From an uncultured Kiloniellaceae bacterium (GTDB taxonomy: Bacteria; Actinomycetota; Acidimicrobiia; Spongiisociales; UBA11373): a stretch of DNA of 53,281 bases. The stretch is taken from assembly GCA_964194935.1 (NCBI GenBank), contig CAXMOL010000148.1, forward strand, positions 1 through 53,281, written 5' to 3'. This document shows, in pieces, positions 1 to 9,577 of the stretch; position 1 is the first letter of the stretch; every line of letters starts with the position of its first letter. A model generated the notes under the pieces. It was not told the DNA's origin. It ran no database searches and worked only from the letters and a program-made list of their open reading frames with translations. A program made the position numbers and the translations under genes.

Positions 1-276
1 GTCTTCGAGCGGGTGCTACGCAGTGGAGATGTGGTCGTCGAATCGGCCGGAGAGAAGGGGCAATCCACCTTTGCCGACATCCCCGAACCCGAGGACTTCC
101 ACAGCCTGGTCTACAAGGTTCGAGAAGTCCGTTCCCGCGACCTGGCCGACGGTCGAGGGGTGGAGGGGAGCGACGGCGTCTCCAAACTGGAACGTCTCGG
201 ACGATTGCTGAAGGAAGGCCTCATCACCCAGGAGGACTACGACTCCAAGAAGCAAGGCTTCCTCGACGAGATTTGA
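1..276 (+). CDS. Partial (5'-truncated) PH-domain (bPH_2-like) protein with C-terminal SHOCT domain
   Basis: Frame open from base 1. 'ERVLRSGDVVVESAGEKGQSTFADIPEP' resembles bacterial PH domains. 'KLERLGRLLKEGLITQEDYDSKKQGFL' is a typical SHOCT motif. Confidence 0.7.
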   Translation, partial: VFERVLRSGDVVVESAGEKGQSTFADIPEPEDFHSLVYKVREVRSRDLADGRGVEGSDGVSKLERLGRLLKEGLITQEDYDSKKQGFLDEI

Positions 277-277
277 T

Positions 278-390
278 CTAGAACGAGGCGCCGAGCTTGG
301 CGAGGCACGATCGAGGGTCGGTTCGACGCCGGGGAGGGTTCGAAGCGTCCTGAGCAAGATCTGTGCGGCCTTGTCGCTAGAACGAGGCGC
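278..390. repeat. 14-bp direct repeat CTAGAACGAGGCGC (278-291 and 377-390)
   Basis: Two exact copies 99 bp apart in the intergenic region. Confidence 0.7.
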
Positions 391-452
391 TGGGGTTCTG
401 ATGCCCTTCGACGCGATCGGTAGGGTCGTCGCCGTATCAAGGAGGACCTGCC

Positions 453-2075
453 GTGCCCCACATGATGGACGACTTCCCTTTGTTGTTGTCCACCCTCTAC
501 GACCGATCGGTGTTCCTGTATCCCGAACGTGAGATCGTTTCGGTCGAACACGATCGCAGCGTCGTCCGCACCAACTTTCGAGAAACCGATGACCGGATCA
601 GGCGCCTGGCGACGGCGTTACGCGACCGGCTCGGAATCAATGAGGGTGATGCGGTAGGCACCTTCGCCTGGAACAACCGACGCCACCACGAGATCTACTG
701 GGCCACGGCCAATACCGGCAGGGTCTGCCACACGTTGAATATCAGGCTGTTTCCGGACCAGCTCGACTTCATCGTCAACCACGCCGAGGACCGCGTGATC
801 TTCGTCGATCCCGATCTGGTGCCGTTGGTGGAGCGGTTTGCGCCGCGTGTCCGCAGCGTCGAGGCGTACGTGATCATGGGTGATTCCGTTCCCGAGACGA
901 CCCTGCCCAATCCGATCGCCTATGAGGACCTGATTGCCGACATCGAGCCCTGGGGTGAGTGGCCGCTGCTCGATGAACGATCGCCGATGATGCTTTGCTA
1001 CACCTCCGGGACGACCGGTAATCCGAAAGGCGTGGCGTACACGCAGCGGTCGACATACCTCCACACGATCAGCAACCTCGCGGTACGTCCGCTGGGGACG
1101 GATGATGTCATGTTGCCCGTCGTGCCGATGTTTCATGCAGCTGCCTGGGGGTATCCGTTTATTGCAGTAACCGCGGGGGCCAAGATCGTGTATCCGGGCC
1201 CCGACATGTCAGCAGAAGGGCTGGTCGGGCGGTTTCAGGGCGAGGGGGTCACCTTCTCGATCGGGGTGCCCACCGTCTGGTACAGCATCCAGCAGTACCT
1301 CATGGATCACCCGGAGGCCGATATCTCATCGATTCACACTTTCCTTTGCGGAGGATCAGCCGTTCCGCGATCTCTGATCGAGTGGTTTGCGACCGAGCGC
1401 GACATCCTGGTCCTTCAGGGCTGGGGCATGACCGAGACCAATCCGGTCGCCTCCGCTGCCATGCTCAAGCCCGAGCATGAAGGCCTATCTCTGGATGAAC
1501 GACTCGACCGGCTGGAGACCGCCGGAATTCCGGTCGCCGGTCTCCAGGTCAAGATTGTCGATGAAGCGGGTGACGAACTGCCGTGGGACGGCGAAGCCTT
1601 TGGGGAGCTCCTGATTCGGGGCCCCTGGATTGCCGCTGAGTACTACAACGATCCAAGATCCCCGGAGTCGTTCCAGGATGGATGGCTCAAGACCGGTGAT
1701 GTCTGCAAGATCACACCTGAGGGCTACATCGTGATCACCGATCGGGCCAAAGACGTCATCAAATCGGGCGGTGAGTGGATTTCGTCACTTGATCTGGAGA
1801 GGGAACTGATGGCCCATCCGGCAGTGGCCGAGGCCGCAGTGATTGGGGTAAAGCATGTCAAGTGGCAGGAACGCCCGCTTGCGCTTGTGGTGCGCCGCCA
1901 AGGTATGGAGGTGAGCGCCGAAGAGCTCCTCGAGCATCTGCGCCATCGGGTTGTGGCGTGGTGGCTGCCTGATGTGATCGAGTTCGCAGACGAACTCCCA
2001 AAGACGGGAACCGGAAAGTTCGACAAGAAGGTGGTGCGCAACCAGTACGCGGATCTTCTGCTGGACGGAGAATGA
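453..2075 (+). CDS. Medium/long-chain fatty acid--CoA ligase (AlkK/DmdB-like AMP-binding enzyme)
   Basis: AMP-binding motif YTSGTTGNPKG, plus QGWGMTE, TGD, DRAKDVIKSGGEWISS and PKTGTGKFDKK. AGGAGG RBS upstream of the GTG. Confidence 0.9.
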   Translation: MPHMMDDFPLLLSTLYDRSVFLYPEREIVSVEHDRSVVRTNFRETDDRIRRLATALRDRLGINEGDAVGTFAWNNRRHHEIYWATANTGRVCHTLNIRLFPDQLDFIVNHAEDRVIFVDPDLVPLVERFAPRVRSVEAYVIMGDSVPETTLPNPIAYEDLIADIEPWGEWPLLDERSPMMLCYTSGTTGNPKGVAYTQRSTYLHTISNLAVRPLGTDDVMLPVVPMFHAAAWGYPFIAVTAGAKIVYPGPDMSAEGLVGRFQGEGVTFSIGVPTVWYSIQQYLMDHPEADISSIHTFLCGGSAVPRSLIEWFATERDILVLQGWGMTETNPVASAAMLKPEHEGLSLDERLDRLETAGIPVAGLQVKIVDEAGDELPWDGEAFGELLIRGPWIAAEYYNDPRSPESFQDGWLKTGDVCKITPEGYIVITDRAKDVIKSGGEWISSLDLERELMAHPAVAEAAVIGVKHVKWQERPLALVVRRQGMEVSAEELLEHLRHRVVAWWLPDVIEFADELPKTGTGKFDKKVVRNQYADLLLDGE

Positions 2076-2539
2076 CTACCGAGACTCCGGCCACCCTGGC
2101 GGTGACCGCCGCCGGAATCAGTCATCGGGTGGTCGAGTACGGCGAGGTGGCGAGCCTGGAGGAAGCGGCCCGCAAGCGTGGGGTGGCGGTCGAAAAGGTG
2201 ATGAAGTCCCTGGTGGTTCGTACCGGCGAAGACCAGTTCGTGATGGTCATCGTTCCGGGAGATCGGGTTATCGACTGGCCGAAGCTGAGGGCTGTGGTCG
2301 GCGTCTCCCGTATGTCGCTCGCTCCTGCCGATGAGGCGCTCGCAGTGACCGGATATCCCCGCGGGGCGATCACTCCCTTCGGGTCGAAGCGCGCTCTCCC
2401 GGTGATCTGCGACGTTTCGTTGGAGGGCGAGGTTTCGCTTGGCGGAGGTGCCCACGGAATGTCGATCCATCTCGACACAGCAGACCTGGTCGCTCTTACG
2501 CAAGCCCGGGTGGCCGACGTCACCAAACAGGCCGATTGA
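2072..2539 (+). CDS. YbaK/EbsC family aminoacyl-tRNA deacylase
   Basis: 'KVMKSLVV' and 'TGYPRGAITPFG' motifs plus a GGG loop. ATGA overlap with the ligase. Confidence 0.85.
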   Translation: MTTETPATLAVTAAGISHRVVEYGEVASLEEAARKRGVAVEKVMKSLVVRTGEDQFVMVIVPGDRVIDWPKLRAVVGVSRMSLAPADEALAVTGYPRGAITPFGSKRALPVICDVSLEGEVSLGGGAHGMSIHLDTADLVALTQARVADVTKQAD

Positions 2540-2599
2540 AGGTCTTTTGGCCCTGATCCGGGTGGCGCTTTGGTCCGGGTCGTCGGTACCTTGGCCCAA

Positions 2600-4063
2600 A
2601 TGAAGGTGCTCGTGACCGGGGCGACCGGTTACATCGGAGGACGGCTGGTTCCCAGGCTCCTCGACAGCGGGTTCGAAGTCCGCTGCATGACCCGGGATCC
2701 CAGTCGATTGGACACGGCTCCGTGGCGGGATCGGGTGGAGGTGGTCGCCGCCGACGCTCTCGATCACTGGACGGTCCCCGCCGCGGTCGAAGGCTGTGAC
2801 GCGGCTTTCTATCTCATTCACTCGATGGGGGGAGCTTGGGATTTCGCCGAAGCCGATCGTCGCGCTGCAGAGAACTTCGCGGATGTTGCCGCAGCTGCCG
2901 ATCTGAAGAGGATCGTCTATCTGGGTGGCTTGGGCACGCCGGGGAGCGAGTTGTCAGATCATTTGTCCAGCCGACACGAGGTCGCCGAGGTTCTCGTCGG
3001 CGGGAAGACGCCGGTCACGGTGCTCCGGGCGGCAGTCATCATCGGCTCCGGTTCGGTGTCTTTCGAGATGATGCGACACCTCACCGAGATACTCCCGATC
3101 ATGGCTCGACCCAGGTGGATTCGAACCAAATGCCAGCCGATCGGGATTCGGAATGTTCTTGCCATCCTCGTTGCCGCGATCGACGATCCCGAACCCGAAG
3201 ACCATGTGTACGACATCGGCGGGCCCGACATTCGCACCTACGAGGAGCTGATGCAGGAATACGCCGCCATAGTCGGCCTGCGAAAACGCCTGGTGGTTCC
3301 ACTGCCGATCTTCAACGCTCGCATCTCTAAGTGGTTCGTGGGTCTGGCCACTCCGTTGCCCCCCGGCATGGTCGGCCCCTTGATCGCCAGTCTGACCTAC
3401 GACGTGGTGGTGGAAAACGAGTCACCTCCCGGTTTCGAGCCGTCAGGCCTTCTGTCATATGCAGACTCGGTGCGGCTGGCGCTCAGACGAGTCCAATACG
3501 AAGGAGTGGAGACCCGGTGGTCGGACGCAGCCACCCGCCCGGCAGCCCCCATGCCCCACGATCCGGTGTGGTCGGGCGAAAAGATGTTCATGGATCGCAA
3601 GGTGGCGGAGTCATCCGCCGTGGCGAATGATCTCATGTGGGCAGTAACCCGGGTCGGTGGCGATGTGGGCTATTACGTGATGAATTGGGCGTGGATCCTG
3701 CGCGGTTGGGTGGACAAGATCGTCGGAGGGGTGGGGTTGCGCAGAGGACGGCGCCATCCTGAGGAGCTGCGCCTGGGCGAGGCCTTGGATTTCTTCCGGG
3801 TCGTCGAGATCGATCGGAAGCATCGCCGGCTCACTCTCGAAGTAGAGATGAAGGTGCCGGGGACCGGGTGGCTCGGTTGGGCCATCGAGCAGACTCCCCG
3901 TGGGTCACGCTTGATCCAGTCGGCCAGGTTTGCGCCGCGGGGGCTTCTTGGTCGGCTCTACTGGTACTCGATGTTGCCGTTTCACGGCTTCATCTTCGGG
4001 CGGATGGCGCGGCGTATCGCTCGGACTGCGGAACGCAGGTCTCGAACCCAAACAACGGGGTGA
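2600..4063 (+). CDS. NAD(P)-binding SDR-like oxidoreductase with C-terminal DUF2867 (YbjT-like)
   Basis: MKVLVTGATGYIGGRL Rossmann motif. C-terminal 'GGVGLRRGRRHP..LDFFRV..EMKVPG..GLLGRLYWY'. Start moved to ATG 2600. Confidence 0.85.
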   Translation: MKVLVTGATGYIGGRLVPRLLDSGFEVRCMTRDPSRLDTAPWRDRVEVVAADALDHWTVPAAVEGCDAAFYLIHSMGGAWDFAEADRRAAENFADVAAAADLKRIVYLGGLGTPGSELSDHLSSRHEVAEVLVGGKTPVTVLRAAVIIGSGSVSFEMMRHLTEILPIMARPRWIRTKCQPIGIRNVLAILVAAIDDPEPEDHVYDIGGPDIRTYEELMQEYAAIVGLRKRLVVPLPIFNARISKWFVGLATPLPPGMVGPLIASLTYDVVVENESPPGFEPSGLLSYADSVRLALRRVQYEGVETRWSDAATRPAAPMPHDPVWSGEKMFMDRKVAESSAVANDLMWAVTRVGGDVGYYVMNWAWILRGWVDKIVGGVGLRRGRRHPEELRLGEALDFFRVVEIDRKHRRLTLEVEMKVPGTGWLGWAIEQTPRGSRLIQSARFAPRGLLGRLYWYSMLPFHGFIFGRMARRIARTAERRSRTQTTG

Positions 4064-4158
4064 CCGCCTCTCATCAGGTCTTCAGGTTCAGCAGATGGTG
4101 TTCTTACAGATTGCTGAGATGCTTGATCTAGGAGACAGAGACGACCGGGGAGTGTCCC

Positions 4159-5772
4159 ATGCGACATCGAAAGACCATTGTGGGAATGGCGGCCCTTTGC
4201 GTGGGACTGACGGCGTGCACCGCGGCCGACGAAGCCGTGACTACGACTACGACTACGACTGCGATGGACATGGGTACTGCGGCGACGGCCGTCACCCCCA
4301 GCTTGGCTGGATCGGACGCATCAAGCGGTGTGGCCACCGATGAAGAGGATTCATCAGCGATTGTGACGTACCCCATTGCCGATACGGGTCAGCGTGCTTG
4401 CTACGCCGACTCAGGGGAATCGGCCCCGTGCCCCGCCCCTGGCGAGGACCTGTTCGGTCAAGACGGGAACTATGTGGGACTCGGACTCTCGTACATAGAC
4501 AACGGCAACGGCACCGTGACAGACGTCGTCACCGGACTCACTTGGCAACAAGATCCAGGGTCCAAGATGACCTACGACGAGGCGGTCGTGGCGGTCGATG
4601 CTCTCGTGCTAGCCGGGTACGACGATTGGCGGCTGCCGACGATCAAGGAGCTGTACTCACTGATCGATTTCAATGGCACCGATCCCAGCTCTTGCGACAC
4701 GATCGAAAATTGTGCTGCGACGCCGTTCATAGATGTCGAGTTCTTCGACTTCTCCTATGGCGACACCAGCAGCGGCGAGCGTGTCATCGATGCGCAGTAT
4801 CTGAGCTCGACGCTCTATGTGGACACGACCATGTTCGGTGACGCCACTGCATTCGGAGTCAACTTTGCCGATGGGCGGATCAAGGGCTACGGCCTCACCG
4901 ATCCCCGCGGAGGCGAGAAGGCGTTCTTTGTCATGGCAGTTAGGGGTCAGGATCGGTATGGGGAGAACGTTTTTGTCGACAACGGCGACGGAACGGTGAG
5001 CGACGTCGCGTCAGGACTCGTCTGGCAGCAGTCCGACGATGGCGTCGGCAGGGACTGGTCCGAGGCGATCGACTATTGCGAGACGCTCGTGCTGGGGGGA
5101 AAGCAAGATTGGCGGCTTGGCGACATCAAGGAACTGCAGAGCCTCGTCGACTACTCCCGATCGCCTGACATCAGTCAGGACTACTCCCGATCGCCTGACA
5201 TCAGTCAGTCTGCCGCGATCGATCCGGTGTTCTCGACGAGCGTGATTACCGACGAGGGTGGCGAAGACAACTTCGGTTTCTATTGGTCATCGACGACACA
5301 TGTGTCGCTCATGGGTGGGATGAGTGCCGCATATATGGCCTTTGGCGACGCACTCGGATGGATGCAGGACTTCGGTGGCAACTACGTGCTGTTGGATGTC
5401 CACGGTGCCGGTTCACAGCGCAGTGATCCGAAGCTGGGAGATTCGGCGGACTATCCGTTCGGACGTGGCCCGCAGGGCGATGTGATTCGCGTCGACAACT
5501 TGGTGCGATGTGTACGTAGTGGAGGCCAAACCGTCACATCCGGCACCACTGCGGCGGCCTCGCCGGATGCTGGCGGGGCGACGGATCAGGGTACGGTCGC
5601 CGGTGGCCCGCTGGCCGATGCGGCGGCGATGCTCGGTGTGACTGAGCAGGCGCTTGTTGATGCGCTTGGCCCTCCCGGAGATGGTGAGCCGGATCTCGCA
5701 GCGGCTGCTGTGATCCTTGGGATAACCGAGTCGGAGCTCAGAGAGGCACTTCCGCCCCCGCCTGTCCCCTGA
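4159..5772 (+). CDS. Lipoprotein with two DUF1566 (Lcl C-terminal, C-type lectin-like) domains
   Basis: Lipobox LTAC and a Thr-rich linker. Two 'DNG(N/D)GTV(T/S)D..(T/S)GL(T/V)WQQ...DWRL..IKEL.SL' units, plus YWSST and VRCVR. Confidence 0.8.
   Translation: MRHRKTIVGMAALCVGLTACTAADEAVTTTTTTTAMDMGTAATAVTPSLAGSDASSGVATDEEDSSAIVTYPIADTGQRACYADSGESAPCPAPGEDLFGQDGNYVGLGLSYIDNGNGTVTDVVTGLTWQQDPGSKMTYDEAVVAVDALVLAGYDDWRLPTIKELYSLIDFNGTDPSSCDTIENCAATPFIDVEFFDFSYGDTSSGERVIDAQYLSSTLYVDTTMFGDATAFGVNFADGRIKGYGLTDPRGGEKAFFVMAVRGQDRYGENVFVDNGDGTVSDVASGLVWQQSDDGVGRDWSEAIDYCETLVLGGKQDWRLGDIKELQSLVDYSRSPDISQDYSRSPDISQSAAIDPVFSTSVITDEGGEDNFGFYWSSTTHVSLMGGMSAAYMAFGDALGWMQDFGGNYVLLDVHGAGSQRSDPKLGDSADYPFGRGPQGDVIRVDNLVRCVRSGGQTVTSGTTAAASPDAGGATDQGTVAGGPLADAAAMLGVTEQALVDALGPPGDGEPDLAAAAVILGITESELREALPPPPVP
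5149..5208 (+). repeat. Perfect 30-bp tandem duplication (DYSRSPDISQ x2) inside the DUF1566 gene
   Basis: GACTACTCCCGATCGCCTGACATCAGTCAG at 5149-5178 and 5179-5208. Confidence 0.95.
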
Positions 5773-5821
5773 GTCTGGGGATGGAGACGGGTTGGTCGCC
5801 GGACACCTAGCATCACGCCCG

Positions 5822-6178
5822 ATGAGATCGCTCCACGGAAACTGGTTCTATGTCGCCGTTATCAGTAACGGCCTGGTCGGTCTGTGGGGTCTTGGCCTGC
5901 TCGCCCTGAAGAAGCCTGTCACCAGGGTGTTCAATTGGGCGACCGGTGTGGCGGTGGTGGTAATGCTGATCCAGGTTGGACTGGGACTGCTCGTGTACCA
6001 GCAGGGCCACAGACCGGGCAACGACTTTCACCTCTTCTATGGCTTCGTGATTCTGTTCACCTTTACGTTCGCCTACATCTATCGCACCCAGATGAGCAAG
6101 CGTCCGGCGCTGTCGTGGGGGTTGCTGCTGCTCTTTGTAATGGGGCTTGGCCTGCGGGCCTGGTCGAACGTGAACTAG
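5822..6178 (+). CDS. Small integral membrane protein (about 4 TM), unknown function
   Basis: Four hydrophobic segments and an 'FHLFYG' motif. Fills the gap before fabI. TAGCAT -10 lies 8 nt before the ATG. Confidence 0.7.
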   Translation: MRSLHGNWFYVAVISNGLVGLWGLGLLALKKPVTRVFNWATGVAVVVMLIQVGLGLLVYQQGHRPGNDFHLFYGFVILFTFTFAYIYRTQMSKRPALSWGLLLLFVMGLGLRAWSNVN

Positions 6179-6186
6179 GAGGATCC

Positions 6187-6981
6187 GTGCTGCTCGAAGG
6201 AAAACGGCTAGTGATCACCGGAGTGCTGACCGACGACTCGATCGCCTGGCACACCGCCAAGCTCGCCCTCGAGCAGGGGGCTGACGTCGTGCTCACTGGT
6301 TTTGGCCGCGGGTTGAGCCTCACCAAGCGAGCGGCGGGCCGGCTCCCAAGAACTCCCGATGTGATCGAGCTCGATATCAACGACGACGCCCACATGGAGG
6401 CACTCGTCGCTGATCTCACATCGCGCTGGGGCGCGGTCGATGGGGCGCTTCACGCCATTGCGTTTGCCCCCGCCGACGCCCTTGGAGGGGCCTTCCTCAC
6501 GACGCCTGCGGAGAGCGCCGCTATCGCCTTCACGACTTCAGCCTTCTCATACAAGACGCTTGCAGTGGGGCTCCTGCCGCTTCTGAAGGAGGCCGGGGGC
6601 GGATCGATGGTCACCCTCGATTTCGACAACACCAAGGCGTGGCCGGTGTATGACTGGATGGGGGTTGCCAAATCGGCGCTGCAGTCCGTTACGCGGTACC
6701 TGGCTCGCGATCTCGGCGCTTACAACATCCGAGTCAATGCGGTGTCAGCAGGGCCCCTGGCGACGGTGGCCGCAAAGAGCATTCCCGGATTTGACGTTTT
6801 TGAGGCTGAGTGGGCCAAGCGAGCCCCGTTGGGATGGGACGTGGCTGATCCCGACGCCGTGGCGCGCATGGTCGCCGTTCTCCTCAGCGATTGGGCTCCG
6901 ATGACTTCCGGTGAGATCGTCCATGTGGACGGAGGTTTCCATGCGGTTGCGGCTGGGCCGGGTGCTCCGGCAGGGGAGTAG
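6187..6981 (+). CDS. fabI: Enoyl-ACP reductase (InhA/FabI type)
   Basis: 'LLEGKRLVITGVLTDDSIAW', catalytic 'YDWMGVAKSAL' and 'GEIVHVDGG'. AGGAGG RBS before GTG 6187. Confidence 0.93.
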   Translation: MLLEGKRLVITGVLTDDSIAWHTAKLALEQGADVVLTGFGRGLSLTKRAAGRLPRTPDVIELDINDDAHMEALVADLTSRWGAVDGALHAIAFAPADALGGAFLTTPAESAAIAFTTSAFSYKTLAVGLLPLLKEAGGGSMVTLDFDNTKAWPVYDWMGVAKSALQSVTRYLARDLGAYNIRVNAVSAGPLATVAAKSIPGFDVFEAEWAKRAPLGWDVADPDAVARMVAVLLSDWAPMTSGEIVHVDGGFHAVAAGPGAPAGE

Positions 6982-6984
6982 CTG

Positions 6985-8001
6985 ATGGCTCGGGTCGCGG
7001 TTGTCTTTGGTGGTCGGTCGGAGGAGCATGAGGTGTCGTGCGTGTCGGCCGTGTCGACCCTTGCAGCGCTCCAGGAGATGGGCCACGAAACTGTTGCGGT
7101 CGGAATAGATCGGCAAGGCACCTTCCACCTGGCCGACCCCGACCTCGACCCCCTGGTGGCCGCGGGCCCCACGGTGACGGTTGAAGTTCCCGGGGGGCGC
7201 TTGTTGGCCGACGGTGAGGCTCACGAAGTGGATGTGGCATTCCCGGTGTTGCACGGTCCGTTCGGCGAGGACGGGACCATCCAGGGCCTGTTCGAAATGT
7301 CGGGCCTTCCCTATGTGGGCTCGGGAGTACTCGGCTCGGCGATCGGTATGGATAAGGACGTCGCAAAACGCCTCTGTCGCGAGGCGGGGATCCCTGTCGG
7401 GGACTACCTGGTGGTGAGACGCCGAGAATTTCTCGCTGAGCCGGGGTTGACGGCTGCTCGGATCGGCGAAGAACTTGGGTTCCCGGTGTTCGTAAAACCA
7501 GCCAACCTTGGCTCTTCAGTTGGGATCAGCCGCGCGGTCGACGACGAGTCACTAAAGGATTCGATTCACGCCGCTCTCGAACATGATCGCAAAGTGGTGG
7601 TTGAGGCCGAGGTGCTTGGCAGGGAGATCGAAGTCGCAGTGCTGGAAGGTCCGCGGGCGTCGATGGCTGGCGAAATCATCGTCGACGGTGGTTGGTACAC
7701 CTATGAGGCCAAATACCGGGACGATGCGACCAGGATCGAGGTTCCGGCTCAACTGAGCGACGCCGCCATGGAGACGGTTCGTGACCTTGCGAACCGAGTA
7801 TTTGCGGCGCTGGAATGTGGCGGGTTGGCTCGGGTCGACTTCTTCTACGAGGAGGGAGGCCGGGGGTTCATCCTCAATGAGCTGAACACCATGCCCGGGT
7901 TTACCCCACGATCCATGTTCCCGATGCTGTGGGCGGCAACCGGGATGCCCTATCCAGATCTGTGCAATGAGTTGGTGACACTTGCCCTCGAGAGGGATTG
8001 A
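6985..8001 (+). CDS. ddl: D-alanine--D-alanine ligase
   Basis: FGGRSEEHEVS, LHGPFGEDGTIQG, KPANLGSSVG, YEAKY and ELNTMPGFT motifs. Confidence 0.95.
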   Translation: MARVAVVFGGRSEEHEVSCVSAVSTLAALQEMGHETVAVGIDRQGTFHLADPDLDPLVAAGPTVTVEVPGGRLLADGEAHEVDVAFPVLHGPFGEDGTIQGLFEMSGLPYVGSGVLGSAIGMDKDVAKRLCREAGIPVGDYLVVRRREFLAEPGLTAARIGEELGFPVFVKPANLGSSVGISRAVDDESLKDSIHAALEHDRKVVVEAEVLGREIEVAVLEGPRASMAGEIIVDGGWYTYEAKYRDDATRIEVPAQLSDAAMETVRDLANRVFAALECGGLARVDFFYEEGGRGFILNELNTMPGFTPRSMFPMLWAATGMPYPDLCNELVTLALERD

Positions 8002-8006
8002 GGCCT

Positions 8007-8042
8007 GATCCTTTGCGCGATCCTTTGCGCGATCCTCGGCGC
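8007..8042. repeat. 12-bp tandem repeat GATCCTTTGCGC x2 plus a degenerate third copy
   Basis: Copies at 8007, 8019 and 8031, between convergent genes. Confidence 0.85.
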
Positions 8043-8077
8043 GACGCCACCCGGGTCCGAAAAGACCGCGAGTTGCT

Positions 8078-8311
8078 CTAGAGCTTTACTACCGGGCAGG
8101 TGAGGGTGCGGGTGATCCCCTCGATCGCTTGAATCTTTGCGACGACGAGCTTGCCCAGCGAATCTACGTCCTCGGCCGAGGCGTGCACGATGGCGTCATA
8201 CGGTCCGGTGACCGCCTGTGCCGCCGTTACGCCGTCAATCTTGTCCACCGACATCGCGACCTGGGCGGCTTTGCCGACCTCAGTCTGGATCAGCACATAG
8301 GCTTCGACCAT
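8078..8311 (-). CDS. Stand-alone Lrp/AsnC ligand-binding domain protein
   Basis: 'MVEAYVLIQTEVGKAA...VTGPYD...IEGITRTLTCPVV' is a conserved actinobacterial family found near ddl. AGGAG RBS. Confidence 0.9.
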   Translation of the reverse strand: MVEAYVLIQTEVGKAAQVAMSVDKIDGVTAAQAVTGPYDAIVHASAEDVDSLGKLVVAKIQAIEGITRTLTCPVVKL

Positions 8312-8398
8312 CACGCTCCTTGTTCGTGTGGGCGCGGACTATACCCGCGGCGGGCGACACCGATTTGAGCGTGTAGCTCGGCGGCGTACCCTTTCTCG

Positions 8399-9577
8399 GT
8401 GTCGATTGTCCTCCTGATTGTTGGTGTGCTGCTCGCCGGCTTGGCGCGCGCCGCTAGCCGTCGCCAGCGCGGCCATCGGCCGCTTTGGATCGCGGCCATG
8501 GCGGGTTCTGAATTGGCGGGTTGGTTCTTGGGCTCAGCCGTCGCTATCGGGAGCGGGTTCGTTGCCCTCGGGTGGTCGGGTGGTCCATTTGGATCGGTGG
8601 GACTCGCGCTCGTCTTGGTCGCGACGGCCGGCTTCGGTGTTGCCCTATTGCGCGGCTTTGCGGCTCGTCGGTATGCAGAAACTGCCGTCGCCGACTTCAC
8701 CGGCGTTGTCTCCCCGATCAAATATCGTCGGTTGGCTGCGGTGGTTTCCCCGGTGGCGCGGCCGGGGCGGGGTGTTCGGCTCAACCCCGCGATCGAATAC
8801 GGACCGCATCCCCGTCATCTGCTTGATCGGATTGGTGGTCACCCCGGTGGCGACGCGCGTCCTGCCCTGATCTACGTCCACGGTGGCGGTTGGTGGCGGG
8901 GCCGGCGCGAGACCCAGGCTCGCCCTGCGCTGTATCACTTGGCCCGGTTGGGATGGGAGGTGTTTGCGCCTTCCTACCGCCTGAGCCCGGAGGCGACGGT
9001 CCCCGATCATGTCATCGACATAAAGCGGGCGGTGGCTTGGGTCAGGGGCAACGCCGCCGAACTTGGGGTCGATCCTGGGTTTATCGCGATCGCCGGTGGA
9101 TCGACGGGCGGCAATATTGCTGCCCTGGTGGCGTTGACGCCGGGCGAAGCCTTACTTCAGCCGGGTTTCGAGCAGGTGGATGCCTCTGTGCAGGCTTGCA
9201 TTCCCCTGTACGGGGTCCACGACATGCTCAACGAATCTGGCGAGCCGCTGTGGGCCTACCTGGCGACGAGGGTCATGAAGAGCACGCCTGAAACGGATGC
9301 CGAAGCTTGGCGCCGTGCGTCTCCGGTTCGGGCGGTGACGGCAAACCGACCACCATTCTTCGTGGTCCATGGAGCGATGGACACTTTGGTCCCCGCCGAT
9401 CAGTCTGCGCGCTTGGTAGGTGCGCTTCGCGCCGCTGGTGGACCAGATGTTGGTCACCTCGTCGTTCCGTGGGCCAACCACGGGTTTGATTTCTTTGCCG
9501 GCCCGCGGGGCAGAATCACGGCCGAGGTGATGGCAACTGTGCTCGACTACATCTATACGACCAGGAGCGAGTCATGA
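8399..9577 (+). CDS. Alpha/beta hydrolase (HSL-family esterase/lipase) with N-terminal membrane segments
   Basis: HGGGW oxyanion motif, GGSTGG nucleophile elbow, HGAMD(TLVP) and NHGFD. Confidence 0.85.
   Translation: MSIVLLIVGVLLAGLARAASRRQRGHRPLWIAAMAGSELAGWFLGSAVAIGSGFVALGWSGGPFGSVGLALVLVATAGFGVALLRGFAARRYAETAVADFTGVVSPIKYRRLAAVVSPVARPGRGVRLNPAIEYGPHPRHLLDRIGGHPGGDARPALIYVHGGGWWRGRRETQARPALYHLARLGWEVFAPSYRLSPEATVPDHVIDIKRAVAWVRGNAAELGVDPGFIAIAGGSTGGNIAALVALTPGEALLQPGFEQVDASVQACIPLYGVHDMLNESGEPLWAYLATRVMKSTPETDAEAWRRASPVRAVTANRPPFFVVHGAMDTLVPADQSARLVGALRAAGGPDVGHLVVPWANHGFDFFAGPRGRITAEVMATVLDYIYTTRSES

Noticed and set aside
4159-5772. DUF1566 protein as a diversity-generating retroelement target
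   Set aside because: No reverse transcriptase and no template/variable repeat pair with adenine-specific mismatches in the window. A remote DGR cannot be excluded.
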